Shown: positions 1 through 10,142, counted from the first letter of the stretch. The stretch is 64,000 nucleotides of DNA from a candidate division WWE3 bacterium RIFCSPHIGHO2_01_FULL_40_23 (GCA_001772615.1 MEUZ01000004.1:8455-72454), one strand, 5' to 3'. Program-made: numbers and translations. Notes: generated by a model from the sequence alone, not told the origin.

Positions 1-413
1 GTGATAACGCGCGTTATTTGTGTGAAAACAAAGGGTTGAGCTTAAAGTGTTCAATTGAAGATGACTTGTTTGTAACAGGTAAAGAAGAAAAACTGTCCCA
101 GGTTTTTTATAACCTTCTTGATAATGCCGTCAAATACACAACAGAGGGCGGCAACATAATAATAGAGTTATCTAAAAAGGGTGATTTAGCGGTGGTTAAA
201 GTTTTTGACAGCGGTGTAGGTATTGATAAGAAAGAGCTAGAAACCATATTTGATAGGTTTTATAGATCCGAAGGCAACAAGAACATCAAAGGTCATGGTC
301 TTGGGCTTAGTATAGCCAGCTCAATAATTAAAGCTCATAATGGAACTATAGAAGCAGAAAGTGAGAGAAATAAAGGTACGATTTTTACTGTAACTCTTCC
401 TCTATCTTCATAA
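1..413 (+). CDS. sensor histidine kinase, C-terminal ATP-binding (HATPase_c) fragment; 5' end lies outside the window
   Basis: Translation LDNAVKYT..GGNIIIEL..VFDSGVGI..GHGLGLSIASSIIKAHNGTI matches the N, G1 and G2 boxes of histidine kinase ATPase domains; the ORF is open to the window edge. Confidence 0.75.
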   Translation, partial: DNARYLCENKGLSLKCSIEDDLFVTGKEEKLSQVFYNLLDNAVKYTTEGGNIIIELSKKGDLAVVKVFDSGVGIDKKELETIFDRFYRSEGNKNIKGHGLGLSIASSIIKAHNGTIEAESERNKGTIFTVTLPLSS

Positions 414-445
414 GTTTTTAATTACACAAAGTATAGTATCAACTT

Positions 446-874
446 ATGAAACTGATAACTAGATCCGTAATACTGACAGTTACATCATCTTTAACTCTTA
501 TTACCCTTAGCTTTTTGGTGATAAGTTTACTATCTAAATCAGTTAGTTACGCTTTAGAGCAAATGGTTAGTCTGAAGTATTACATATTACCGTTAGCATT
601 GGGATTTGGTTTACAAGTCACTCTTTTTATAATGATTAAGGAAAAGGTTAAAGAATCCGCTGCTTTAGTAACAAGTACAGGAGCAATAAGCTCTGGAACA
701 ATGATTGCCTGCTGTGCGCACCATTTAACAGAAGCTTTACCCTTTTTGGCCGTTGGTGGGTTAAGTTTATTCTTTTTTAACTATCAGGAGGAACTTCTAA
801 TTTTATCTATCGCTTTAAATTGGGTTAGTGTTTTGTATATGTATAAAAAACTAAGGTTATTAAATGCGAGATAA
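446..874 (+). CDS. hypothetical polytopic membrane protein with CCAHH motif
   Basis: ORF with several hydrophobic helices and a Cys-Cys-Ala-His-His motif; no recognisable family. Confidence 0.4.
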   Translation: MKLITRSVILTVTSSLTLITLSFLVISLLSKSVSYALEQMVSLKYYILPLALGFGLQVTLFIMIKEKVKESAALVTSTGAISSGTMIACCAHHLTEALPFLAVGGLSLFFFNYQEELLILSIALNWVSVLYMYKKLRLLNAR

Positions 875-1313
875 AAATTATCTTTATACGCTATTAGCAC
901 TCATACTCATCTTATTTTCAATTTTGATACTGCTATATGTTCTGCGTGGTGGAAAATTAGCTAATACTAATGAAACTAGCGATAATGTCTTTCTTCTTGA
1001 AACCCAAAAAAAGAAAGTGGGTGATGTAGAAGTTTTGGCAACACCCAAACTTTCAAGTACAGCTTTTGAGGTATCGTTTGTTCTTGATACACATTCGGTT
1101 GAACTAAATTACGATTTAACACTACTTGCTGTACTAACTAACGAAGAAGGTGAAACTCTCACCCCTCTTAAGTGGAAGGGTGACGCTTTGGGAGGACACC
1201 ATAGAAAGGGTCAACTGTTTTTTCAACCATTTCCTACTATGCCTAAAACTTTAGATCTTGTTATTAACGAGATAGAGGGAGAAAGTGTAAAATTTACTTG
1301 GGAAGTTAAATAG
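864..1313 (+). CDS. hypothetical membrane-anchored protein
   Basis: N-terminal hydrophobic helix followed by a soluble domain; no family recognised. Confidence 0.4.
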   Translation: MRDKNYLYTLLALILILFSILILLYVLRGGKLANTNETSDNVFLLETQKKKVGDVEVLATPKLSSTAFEVSFVLDTHSVELNYDLTLLAVLTNEEGETLTPLKWKGDALGGHHRKGQLFFQPFPTMPKTLDLVINEIEGESVKFTWEVK

Positions 1314-1601
1314 GTGAAGGAGGTGAAAATTATGAGGCATGAACCTATCGTAACAGCTAATGCCGCTGCCGCTACAACAGGTATTGTTTTTGTAGCATGT
1401 AGAATATTAGTCGGTTTATTTCCTGAACTGATGTTTAATGTCGCACAATCCTGGTTTCATGGAATCGGGTTTAGCAGATTTGATTCTTCAAACTTAACTG
1501 TATCATCACTGGTGCTTGGACTTGTATCCTCTGTTCTTACAGTTTGGGTAATAGCCTATTTGTTTGCGCAGTTCTACAACTATTTCCTAAAAAACAAATA
1601 A
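1314..1601 (+). CDS. small hypothetical membrane protein
   Basis: 95-aa ORF, two hydrophobic segments, GGAGG-like SD (aggtgaaggaggtg) immediately upstream. Confidence 0.4.
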   Translation: MKEVKIMRHEPIVTANAAAATTGIVFVACRILVGLFPELMFNVAQSWFHGIGFSRFDSSNLTVSSLVLGLVSSVLTVWVIAYLFAQFYNYFLKNK

Positions 1602-1667
1602 CTATTGGCAATCTTAAAGTTCACAGAGCTACTTTTATAGTAGCTCTGTTTCTTCATAAGTTCTTTA

Positions 1668-2621
1668 ATGCTTTACTTGCATAATTTAACAATGAAAGAA
1701 AAGATTAAAAGCATCTTAGAGGCAGTTTTAATTGATAAATGGGTTCTGATTAGCTCAATATTAATTTTTGTACTGCTTTTTAACTACCTGTTTAGCATAG
1801 AGCTGAAAATAACCCCTAATTTTAAATTAAGGGAAAAGTTAAATCCTTCCTCGGTAAGCGCTGCAAAACCAAACCAAGTTATACAGCAAAATGTTTTGAC
1901 CACGGAAGTAAAACTTCCCATTAAGTGGGGGGATTTTGGGAAGCAATTGATTGAGAAAGGTGTAATAGATAAAGCTAAGTTTGAAAATATCATGGGGACA
2001 CTACCTGATACAGACAGGAAACTTTTGGAAAGTTCAGAGAATAATGAACTAGTGATGAACCAGCAGAATTCAAGATTAATCTTAAACCTATTGTGGGCTT
2101 TTGGGTTAGGTAACAAAAATGACGTTTTAGACAAAGGAGAGATGGTAAAAGACCCAAAGCAGACGGGAAATATGGCAAGTACCGGAGGCTGGGATGTCTC
2201 TGTAGGAGATCCCATGAACCACTACAGCAAGCACACAATGCTTTTACTAACAGCAGACCAACAGAACATGGTTGAGGAGATGTCTAAAAACATATATAGG
2301 CCATGCTGTAATAACTCAACCCACTTTCCTGACTGTAATCATGGAATGGCTATGTTAGGTCTATTAGAACTTATGGCAGCTAATGGGGTTTCAAGAGAAG
2401 AAGCTTACAGGGTGGCTTTGAATGTAAATGCGATGTGGTTTCCACGGGAATATCAGGAATTAGCCACTTTCTTTGCGGAAAATGGTATTACATGGGTTAA
2501 AGTTGATCCGAAATTAGTTCTAAGTTCCAAATATTCCAGTGCTTCAGGTTACAAACAAACAAGAACGCTGATTAAATCCCTGCCTCAACCAACACAGGGA
2601 GGCGGTGGATGCGGATTATAA
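1668..2621 (+). CDS. hypothetical membrane-anchored protein with Cys/His/Met-rich motif (PCCNNSTHFPDCNHGMAM)
   Basis: N-terminal TM helix, soluble domain with clustered Cys, His and Met residues suggestive of metal or redox chemistry; no family recognised. Confidence 0.4.
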   Translation: MLYLHNLTMKEKIKSILEAVLIDKWVLISSILIFVLLFNYLFSIELKITPNFKLREKLNPSSVSAAKPNQVIQQNVLTTEVKLPIKWGDFGKQLIEKGVIDKAKFENIMGTLPDTDRKLLESSENNELVMNQQNSRLILNLLWAFGLGNKNDVLDKGEMVKDPKQTGNMASTGGWDVSVGDPMNHYSKHTMLLLTADQQNMVEEMSKNIYRPCCNNSTHFPDCNHGMAMLGLLELMAANGVSREEAYRVALNVNAMWFPREYQELATFFAENGITWVKVDPKLVLSSKYSSASGYKQTRTLIKSLPQPTQGGGGCGL

Positions 2622-2631
2622 GAAAGGGAAA

Positions 2632-3198
2632 ATGTCATATAAACAAAACAAACTTAACAATATCTCTAGTCCTTGGGATGCACTCAAACCTATAGTGTAT
2701 GTAGTTATTGTACCAACTATCGTTATCTTTGGGATAATAGTGCTTACAATCAATAAGGATAGCAAGCCACAAGCAAATGCTGTCAACGTAGAGTCTGTAG
2801 ATTCTTCTTACAAACTTGATAAAACACATTACAGTTTCGGATCCGTATCCCAAAAGAACGGGAATGTTGAAACTTATTACAACCTTACTAATGCTGGGGC
2901 TTCTGATATATATGTAAAAAAACTCTATACTTCATGCATGTGCACACAAGCACAAATAGAGTTTTCTGATGGGAGTAAAACTGCTCTTAATGGAATGCTG
3001 GGCCACGGTCCGGATTCCAATTTACTTGTAGGAAAAACAATAAAAGCTGGGGAAACTGTGAAAATTAGAGCCGTATTTGATCCTAATGCTCACGGTCCGC
3101 AGGGGATCGGATTTATTAAAAGAAATATAACTCTTGAAACTAACCTCAAAGTGGAGCCAATTATTCAAGTTTCCTTTGACGCTGACGTTACAAAATGA
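2632..3198 (+). CDS. DUF1573-like secreted protein with conserved C-x-C motif
   Basis: N-terminal TM/signal segment; motif KKLYTSCMCTQ followed by a beta-rich region, reminiscent of DUF1573 (from memory of the family CxC signature); the adjacent gene is a paralog. Confidence 0.45.
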   Translation: MSYKQNKLNNISSPWDALKPIVYVVIVPTIVIFGIIVLTINKDSKPQANAVNVESVDSSYKLDKTHYSFGSVSQKNGNVETYYNLTNAGASDIYVKKLYTSCMCTQAQIEFSDGSKTALNGMLGHGPDSNLLVGKTIKAGETVKIRAVFDPNAHGPQGIGFIKRNITLETNLKVEPIIQVSFDADVTK

Positions 3199-3199
3199 T

Positions 3200-3622
3200 A
3201 TGACAAAAAAACTATGGATGCTTTTTCTGTTAATTACAGTGGTTGCAGCAGGTTTTTTCCTGAAGTTAAATGTTGGGAAAAAGTTAACAGGAGATGATTT
3301 AATAATAGATAGCGAGGTTGATTTGGGTCAGGTGAATAAGGATTCAAAAAGAGTGTTTAAAATTTCTCTTATTAATCCAACTCCCAGTAATTTCACTATA
3401 GCAAGAGTTTATACATCTTGCGGGTGTACAAAAGTAACTCTACCAGAAAATGGTACTTCACAATTTACCCTAAAAGCAGGAGAAGTAACTTATCTATCCC
3501 TTGAGTTTGACCCCAGTACCATGCATCAAAGGGGGGACGAAATAAACCATGAAGCATATATCTTAACAACAAAACCCTTTGAGAAAGAATATAAAGTAAA
3601 GATTACAGGCAAGATTATATGA
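3200..3622 (+). CDS. DUF1573-like secreted protein with conserved C-x-C motif (paralog of upstream gene)
   Basis: N-terminal TM helix; motif ARVYTSCGCTK mirrors TSCMC in the upstream gene; start chosen at ATG abutting the upstream stop. Confidence 0.45.
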   Translation: MTKKLWMLFLLITVVAAGFFLKLNVGKKLTGDDLIIDSEVDLGQVNKDSKRVFKISLINPTPSNFTIARVYTSCGCTKVTLPENGTSQFTLKAGEVTYLSLEFDPSTMHQRGDEINHEAYILTTKPFEKEYKVKITGKII

Positions 3623-4821
3623 AGAAGTTCTTTTTTTATTTGATATTTAATACTGTATTTTTGTTAACCCTATCATTAAGGGCACAGGCGGGGAGTAGCG
3701 TGGATATTTACTATAATAACGCGTGTTCTGACTGTGTAAGTTATATTGACGAATTAAAACCTGTCCTTAGCAACTACTACTTGGAACCTATTCTAAAAGA
3801 TTATATTAATAGACCAGAGTACAGGAAGGAATTAAATGAGGAAAATAAAAAGTATCAAGTACCAATAGGTCTTCAAGACAGTTTAACCATTTTTCTGAAG
3901 CCCAATTTAGCTATTGAAGGCCACGTGCGGGTAAGTACTGTAGAGAGTTTGTTAGCAAGTTATGAAAACCTTCCTAAACACAAGCTGATTATTTTATACC
4001 AGCCAGAAATGCATTCCAACGCTAAAGAAGTAACTGTTTTTGTTTCAGGTTATAAACAAGAAAAAGTTTCGGCTGATTTAGATTTGGTAAAACTAATCCA
4101 AGATAAAACCTTAAAAACCGAAATCAGCGCCCCCAGCAGCAACCTTTTCATACCGATAATAACGGGTGCAATAGCCAATAGCCTCCATCCCTGTGCTATC
4201 GCGGTTCTTCTGCTTTTACTAACCTTCCTTTATGCGATTCACAAGAAAAAAAAGGAGATTATAGATGTGGGGTTAGCTTACGTTTTTGGTATATTTGTCG
4301 TTTACTTCTTAATAGGTTTAGGAATTATGAAAGCCCTGTCGCTTTCCGACGAACCGTTCTTTGTAGCCAAAGTTGCCTCACTTATACTGATTGTTCTTGG
4401 TATCATAAACATTAAAGATTATTTCTTCCCCGATTTGCCTGTCCACTTAAAAATCCCTGATTTCACAAAAGGCGCGATTCAATACTTTCTAGAAAAAACA
4501 AGCATTCCAACAGCCTTTATAGTCGGTGCTTTGGTAGGGATATGCGCGTTCCCATGTACAGGTGGTATCTATACGGTAATTATTTCAACGTTAGCAGCAG
4601 TAAGATCATCACAGTTTATAGCATATCTTATGCTTTACAACTTTATATTTATACTGCCGTTGCTTTTAATAATTATGATAGCGGGCAATAGAAAGCTACT
4701 GGAAAGAGTAGAGGAGCTTGAAATAAGGAACTCAAAAAGGTTACATTTAATAATCGGAATTTTTATGGTACTTATAGGTCTGGGGGTTTATTTATGGATT
4801 AAGGCAATAATATATGGTTAA
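3619..4821 (+). CDS. CcdA/DsbD-like thiol:disulfide transporter membrane domain fused to an N-terminal secreted CxxC domain
   Basis: Signal peptide, soluble domain with ACSDC, then polytopic membrane domain with SLHPCAIAVLLLL and ICAFPCTGGIY resembling the two conserved PC motifs of the CcdA/DsbD family. Confidence 0.5.
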   Translation: MKKFFFYLIFNTVFLLTLSLRAQAGSSVDIYYNNACSDCVSYIDELKPVLSNYYLEPILKDYINRPEYRKELNEENKKYQVPIGLQDSLTIFLKPNLAIEGHVRVSTVESLLASYENLPKHKLIILYQPEMHSNAKEVTVFVSGYKQEKVSADLDLVKLIQDKTLKTEISAPSSNLFIPIITGAIANSLHPCAIAVLLLLLTFLYAIHKKKKEIIDVGLAYVFGIFVVYFLIGLGIMKALSLSDEPFFVAKVASLILIVLGIINIKDYFFPDLPVHLKIPDFTKGAIQYFLEKTSIPTAFIVGALVGICAFPCTGGIYTVIISTLAAVRSSQFIAYLMLYNFIFILPLLLIIMIAGNRKLLERVEELEIRNSKRLHLIIGIFMVLIGLGVYLWIKAIIYG

Positions 4822-5293
4822 TCAAATAGTCTTAGCTCTAGTATTGGAAACTGCATTCTTTCTTTTCTTTTATAGATTTGGCTTTAGGATAGCTTCATTT
4901 ATAGGTAGGAGAGTCTGTCCTGTATGTTTTGCCGTTGGATCAACATGGTTAAGTCTTCTACTTCTTAATTACTCTGGAATTTTCCCCATCAACCATTATT
5001 TAATAGCTTTGCTTTTATCCGAATCGGTTGTCGGTGTTTCTTACCTTGTTGAAGAGTTTCTAATAGTTCACCCGAAATATAACTTTCCTGATTACTTACT
5101 TAAATTTGGAATAATAATTTATGGAACCGCCTCTGTTTTAATCTTTGCTTTTATAAGAGAAACAGTTGGTATTGCTTTGTTTCTTCCGGTAATAATTTTT
5201 GGATTTTACGCGTTAACCCCTATCAACAGATTCAATGAAACGGTAAACTCTCAATCTGATCTGTTAAAGTCCAAACTAAAAAAGTGCTGCTAA
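4814..5293 (+). CDS. polytopic membrane protein with CxxC (RRVCPVCF) and C-terminal CC motifs
   Basis: Four predicted TM helices; CPVC at the start of TM2 and terminal KKCC; candidate membrane thiol-disulfide oxidoreductase, family not established. Confidence 0.4.
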   Translation: MVNQIVLALVLETAFFLFFYRFGFRIASFIGRRVCPVCFAVGSTWLSLLLLNYSGIFPINHYLIALLLSESVVGVSYLVEEFLIVHPKYNFPDYLLKFGIIIYGTASVLIFAFIRETVGIALFLPVIIFGFYALTPINRFNETVNSQSDLLKSKLKKCC

Positions 5294-5334
5294 AATAGAC
5301 CTCCACAAAGACATATTTATGCTATAAATAAAAT

Positions 5335-6948
5335 ATGCCAAAGTATAGGATTTACACTCTGCTTAAATATGTTTCAATCTTTTTGGTGCCCGCTTCCATT
5401 TTATTTTTCAGATTTTATAAGCTTAACTACTCCGAATTTCAAGGTGATGAGATAGAGGCTCAAGAATACTTGCTTTTTGAAGGGGATTTAAAAACCTTTC
5501 TTCTAACAAGAAGCAAAGGTCCCATGCAATACCTTATCACTTATTTGATGAATACTATATTCCTCAACAGTAAAATTTCAGAACTTATTGTAAGAATACC
5601 TTTCGCGTTTGCCGGAATTTTATGTCTCTTAGCTTTTTACTTCTTTATATACAAGAACTTTGGGAAAAAGACTGCAGTAATCTCCTCATCTATGCTTGGA
5701 CTTTCTGGTTTAATCATAGCCTTTTCAAGAATAGCGCAGTACCAATCTTTTGTCCTTCTTTTATCTATATTATCTGTTTATCTTATTTATAAAAGCTTTA
5801 ATGAACAAAGGAACTTATATCTGCTATCAGGAGCGATCCTGTCAGGGTTGGCCCTTCTTTTTCACTATGACTCTTTATCATTTATTATTCCTATTTTCTT
5901 AATACTTTGCCTAAGAAAGAAGACTTCCGCAGCAGCACAATATTTAATTATAACTATAGCAGTTGCATCGGTTTTCTATATTCCATTTATCTTCAATCCA
6001 GCATTTAAAGAAACCCTAAAGTATCTTTGGGAAAAGCGAATCCTGACAGGGAACTATTACTCCGTTTCACAGAGTTTTGAACTTCTTTCAATTTATCATT
6101 CAAAAGAGTACCTCATAGTCCTTTTGGCTGGGATCTTGCTTTGGTTTTATAACGTATCCAAGAGATTTAGCAATCTTGCAAAACTTCTTACTAGCCTTTT
6201 CATTGCAACTTATGCTTTAAGAATAGTGAATAATGAGGAACTTCTAAAACTATTGTATCCTTTAAGTGTTCTTTTGTTTCTATTAGTAATCCTTTCATAT
6301 GTTCTCCAATATTACAAAACCCAACCAGACAAGGTGGGAATATTTGAGTTTTGGTTTTTGATATCGTTTTTCATGTATGGTGTTATTATAAAATTCCCTC
6401 TGACTCACATTTACGCATACTTTATCCCTATGATATTTATATCATCTTATTCTCTTACTACATTTGTAAAACCAAAATTTCTATATCCCTTGGTCACACT
6501 TGTTTTTGCTTCAGCTTTTTCCTTTAATTACCAAGCTTTTATTGACACTAGGAAAGAGTACCCATGGCAGAAGAAAAATTATATTTTTGGAAAAATGTAT
6601 GATGGAATAGCCGAAAATTTGAAAGTAAAAGGCATTTTTGGCTTCCCTTATAAAAGGGGGTGGGAAGATGTTAGGAATGATATTTTTACTCTAAGTTTAC
6701 AGCAAGGCGGTGCGGGTAGAACTTTTACCTTTGATTCAAATGAGAAACCTGATATACCCTTATTTTATCTAAACAAAGGATCAAGCGGGGGAGTTAACTA
6801 TACGTTCACTCAAAATGATCCCGACTTTTATATTTACATTAAAAGACCACAAAGCCTTGTAAGCACACTTAAGGTTAAAGGCACTCCTGCAAAAAGAGGG
6901 GATATGTATGAAATCTACTTGAAGGGCACTTATAAACTTAAGGTGTAG
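5335..6948 (+). CDS. GT-C family membrane glycosyltransferase (ArnT/PMT-like, GT39/GT83-type)
   Basis: 537 aa, more than 10 TM helices, conserved first-loop region and overall architecture of polyprenyl-phosphate-sugar-dependent glycosyltransferases; paralogous to the next two genes. Confidence 0.6.
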   Translation: MPKYRIYTLLKYVSIFLVPASILFFRFYKLNYSEFQGDEIEAQEYLLFEGDLKTFLLTRSKGPMQYLITYLMNTIFLNSKISELIVRIPFAFAGILCLLAFYFFIYKNFGKKTAVISSSMLGLSGLIIAFSRIAQYQSFVLLLSILSVYLIYKSFNEQRNLYLLSGAILSGLALLFHYDSLSFIIPIFLILCLRKKTSAAAQYLIITIAVASVFYIPFIFNPAFKETLKYLWEKRILTGNYYSVSQSFELLSIYHSKEYLIVLLAGILLWFYNVSKRFSNLAKLLTSLFIATYALRIVNNEELLKLLYPLSVLLFLLVILSYVLQYYKTQPDKVGIFEFWFLISFFMYGVIIKFPLTHIYAYFIPMIFISSYSLTTFVKPKFLYPLVTLVFASAFSFNYQAFIDTRKEYPWQKKNYIFGKMYDGIAENLKVKGIFGFPYKRGWEDVRNDIFTLSLQQGGAGRTFTFDSNEKPDIPLFYLNKGSSGGVNYTFTQNDPDFYIYIKRPQSLVSTLKVKGTPAKRGDMYEIYLKGTYKLKV

Positions 6949-8458
6949 TTTTAGTACTTTGACAATTAAGTATCAAAACGATGCCTTCTAATTTAGATCC
7001 AAACTTAGCCCCCACAACCGGACATTTTTTTTGTAGCTTTTTTTCGGAGCTTAATTTATTAAAAGATAAAACTGTAAAGTCTGTTGTTTTTTCAAGCTTA
7101 TCCCGCATGTTGCTTTTCTCTTTATATAAGTAGTAGTATGACTCTTTGTTATACGGTACAAAGATTTCCTTCCCCTTTAAATTCTGATTTGCATATAAAG
7201 CCGCTTGGGCAAAGTATTGGCCGCTGTTAGTGTAAATATTAAATCTTAATGCTCCGTTTGATGACCCAAACAACGGAGAGTAATAAGCCGAATATACTGG
7301 GATGTACAAATAAGTAATCAAAAATGATGCCAGAAGATAAATACCAACAGTTATTTTCTGAAGTTTTACGTTAACACTATCTAAGAATATAGAAACAAGG
7401 AGGAAAACAGCAGGAAATACGGGAATTAAATACCTATCTATTTTCTTAACAGATATTGAAAGCGGAATATAATATAAGAGGCAGTAGAAGAGTATAAGAA
7501 AGATCGGTTTTAGGTTCTCTTTTTTTCTTAAATTAAAAATAGTTAGTGCCGTAAGAAGAAACATCAAGGGGGATACTTTAAAAAGATAAATAGTTGGGTA
7601 ATAAAAGAATGAAAACAAACCAAGAAAACTCTCTGCCCTTATATCCGAAGATATTGCGTTACTAATTCCTGAAAAAAGCTTTTCATAAACAAAACCAGGG
7701 TTAACCCAGAAAGCTGGAAAAAGGAGCACAGTAAAAAATGCTGCGGGAATTAAAAAAAGGGCAAAGTCAAAGCTCTTTCTTTTTCTGAATTTTATAAAAA
7801 ACATTAATGCAAATAAAGGGAGCATAACAAGAACCGTTGTTTTGCTTAGAAAGGCAAGTGAAAATAAAATACCGGAAATAAAGCAGTGAACCTTTTTATT
7901 TGTTTTAAACCAGGACCACATTAAAAGAAAAGATGTGAACAGCAGATAGCTTTCAAGAGAAGTTACATGAAATAACCTGTCTATACCGACAACATAAGGC
8001 TCTAATGACATAAATAAGCCATACATGTACGAAACCTTGGCGTTAATAAGAGTTTTAAGTAAAATAACCTGGGAAAGAAACAAACCAGACAAAACAAGAA
8101 CCAACATTCTCTTAGAACTTTTATGAACATTCAAATAGTTATCAGAATCAGAAAGAAAAGACTGTTTTGATATTAAATCTTCGTGAAACAAAATCTCATC
8201 CAGTGCCCCTATCCACATAAGTGTTACACCGGGCTGGTTGTGCTGATATGTTTTTTGATAATCCTTATTTAACAAAGCATTTAGAAATGAATCAGATCTG
8301 ATGTGCCATCTTGCAGCATCAGAATTTGAAATATCCTCGCCTAAAAGAGTTAGTCTTAAGGAGAGGAATAAAAATAAAAGAAGCAAAATTATAATTAAGT
8401 TTTTGCGTGTGTCAGAAAGAGAGAAAATCACTGCACTAGTTGACGGTACTGGTTTCAT
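6938..8458 (-). CDS. GT-C family membrane glycosyltransferase (ArnT/PMT-like)
   Basis: Polytopic membrane protein with same architecture as neighbours; start chosen at internal Met (MKPVPST) to reduce overlap with the upstream gene. Confidence 0.55.
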   Translation of the reverse strand: MKPVPSTSAVIFSLSDTRKNLIIILLLLFLFLSLRLTLLGEDISNSDAARWHIRSDSFLNALLNKDYQKTYQHNQPGVTLMWIGALDEILFHEDLISKQSFLSDSDNYLNVHKSSKRMLVLVLSGLFLSQVILLKTLINAKVSYMYGLFMSLEPYVVGIDRLFHVTSLESYLLFTSFLLMWSWFKTNKKVHCFISGILFSLAFLSKTTVLVMLPLFALMFFIKFRKRKSFDFALFLIPAAFFTVLLFPAFWVNPGFVYEKLFSGISNAISSDIRAESFLGLFSFFYYPTIYLFKVSPLMFLLTALTIFNLRKKENLKPIFLILFYCLLYYIPLSISVKKIDRYLIPVFPAVFLLVSIFLDSVNVKLQKITVGIYLLASFLITYLYIPVYSAYYSPLFGSSNGALRFNIYTNSGQYFAQAALYANQNLKGKEIFVPYNKESYYYLYKEKSNMRDKLEKTTDFTVLSFNKLSSEKKLQKKCPVVGAKFGSKLEGIVLILNCQSTKTTP

Positions 8459-10076
8459 TAACCGGTACCGGTATAAAATTGATATTTTTATAAATGTAAG
8501 CTGAAGACAAAGGCACAAGATTAGGTTCTAAGACTTTAAAAGACTTAACCAAAGTGAAATCTTTGGAATCTGTAATGGTTTCATCATATTTTTTCCATGC
8601 CAAGTAGTAGTTTGGATACAATTCTTTAAGGGTTACATTTCTATACCTCTCAAAGGGTCTTGACATAATAACCACGTATTCATACATTTTCGGATCATAC
8701 AAAACCTGATTAACCGCGCCTTGAGAAGAATAAACCAATACCTTCATAACTTTAATGCCGGAAACACTTCTAATGGGGTCTAGAGATGAATCAGTTATCA
8801 AAAGTTTAGGGTTTTGATTTTTTATGTTCTTTTTTGCCCAGTTAAAAGCTTCTATTTGAGGTGTAACTCTCCCTAGTTGATTTGAAATAGCAAAGGCAAA
8901 AACCGGATAGTTTAAAAAAGCAAGAATAAGAAATATATACATATATAAACGTAGTAAAAGTTGAGCCTTTGGTAAATACTTAATTAGAAAAGATATAAAA
9001 TAAGAGCCATACAAAAATAAGATTGGTATGACAGGAAGCATCCATCTGTCCACTCTTCTAGTGCTAAAAGTGAAAAAGTAAAAGTACACGAGAATATTTG
9101 CTATTAAAAAAAGGTGGAAGTAAAAATCACTGTTTTCTTTGTGTCTTAATAGCACTCTGATGATACCGCCGAGAGAAAGTAAAAATATTAAAGGGGTTAC
9201 TATGAAGCTTAAAGCAGATACATATTTAAAGGGTGAGAAATCAACTGAATCAAGAACTATACCGTTTTCCTTTAATCTCATTTCATTTACTCTTGAAATA
9301 AACCTTTCTGGTTCTTTAAAAGCGAAAGGATTAGATAAAGCATACGCAAGGAAAACAAATGTAGCAAAGAAAAGCACCTTCTCATAAGGAACTTTCTTAT
9401 ATAGAATTAATAAAAACAAAGGCAAGGAAATTAAGGCTGTTATTTTAGTTCCAACGCTAAATCCAAAGAAAATCCCAGAAAGCACTAGAAAGCGAAGATT
9501 AAATTTAGAATCGTGCAAAAATCTATAAAGAAAAAACAACGAGGCGAAAAGAAGCACTGTCAGCATAATATCCGCATTTAGATAATGGGAATGAACCACC
9601 AGTTTCCAATTTAAAGCGACAAATAATACGGTAAACATAAACCCAAGCTTATCCTTAAAAATTTTCAGGTAGAGTAGGGGAATAAGCATTGAAAGAAGGT
9701 ACGTCAAAAGGGCGTTTGATAACCTTAACGTGACGTAAGAGCCATAAATGTCTATATCTCTTCCAACAAGTTTAGTAAAAATCTTATAAATTAAAATAAA
9801 AAAGAAGTTAAGATATATGGAAAACGTCCCGTAAATAAAATCATCAGGCGAGAGTGCCGAAAAGCTTCCTGTCCGTGTAATATTTTTAATCCTGTAAGAG
9901 TTTTCTATTGCGAAATTCCCAAGCTTATCTTCATCAGCGTATGTAATATTTGGCAAACCAAAATCAATACCCCATAATCTTAATAACAGCCCAATTAAAA
10001 CGATCAATGCTAAAATCCATTGCTCTTTTTCTAGCTTCATTAACTCTGTTTTAATTTTTATAAAGAACGATATCAT
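8436..10076 (-). CDS. GT-C family membrane glycosyltransferase (ArnT/PMT-like)
   Basis: 546 aa polytopic protein; YADEDKLGNF loop motif resembling the DE motif of GT39/GT83 enzymes. Confidence 0.6.
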   Translation of the reverse strand: MISFFIKIKTELMKLEKEQWILALIVLIGLLLRLWGIDFGLPNITYADEDKLGNFAIENSYRIKNITRTGSFSALSPDDFIYGTFSIYLNFFFILIYKIFTKLVGRDIDIYGSYVTLRLSNALLTYLLSMLIPLLYLKIFKDKLGFMFTVLFVALNWKLVVHSHYLNADIMLTVLLFASLFFLYRFLHDSKFNLRFLVLSGIFFGFSVGTKITALISLPLFLLILYKKVPYEKVLFFATFVFLAYALSNPFAFKEPERFISRVNEMRLKENGIVLDSVDFSPFKYVSALSFIVTPLIFLLSLGGIIRVLLRHKENSDFYFHLFLIANILVYFYFFTFSTRRVDRWMLPVIPILFLYGSYFISFLIKYLPKAQLLLRLYMYIFLILAFLNYPVFAFAISNQLGRVTPQIEAFNWAKKNIKNQNPKLLITDSSLDPIRSVSGIKVMKVLVYSSQGAVNQVLYDPKMYEYVVIMSRPFERYRNVTLKELYPNYYLAWKKYDETITDSKDFTLVKSFKVLEPNLVPLSSAYIYKNINFIPVPVNETSTVN

Positions 10077-10142
10077 CAGCTGATTATATTATATCCTTGC
10101 ATAAACACATATTTCTGTTTTAAAATGCTTTAACAAGTCTAT

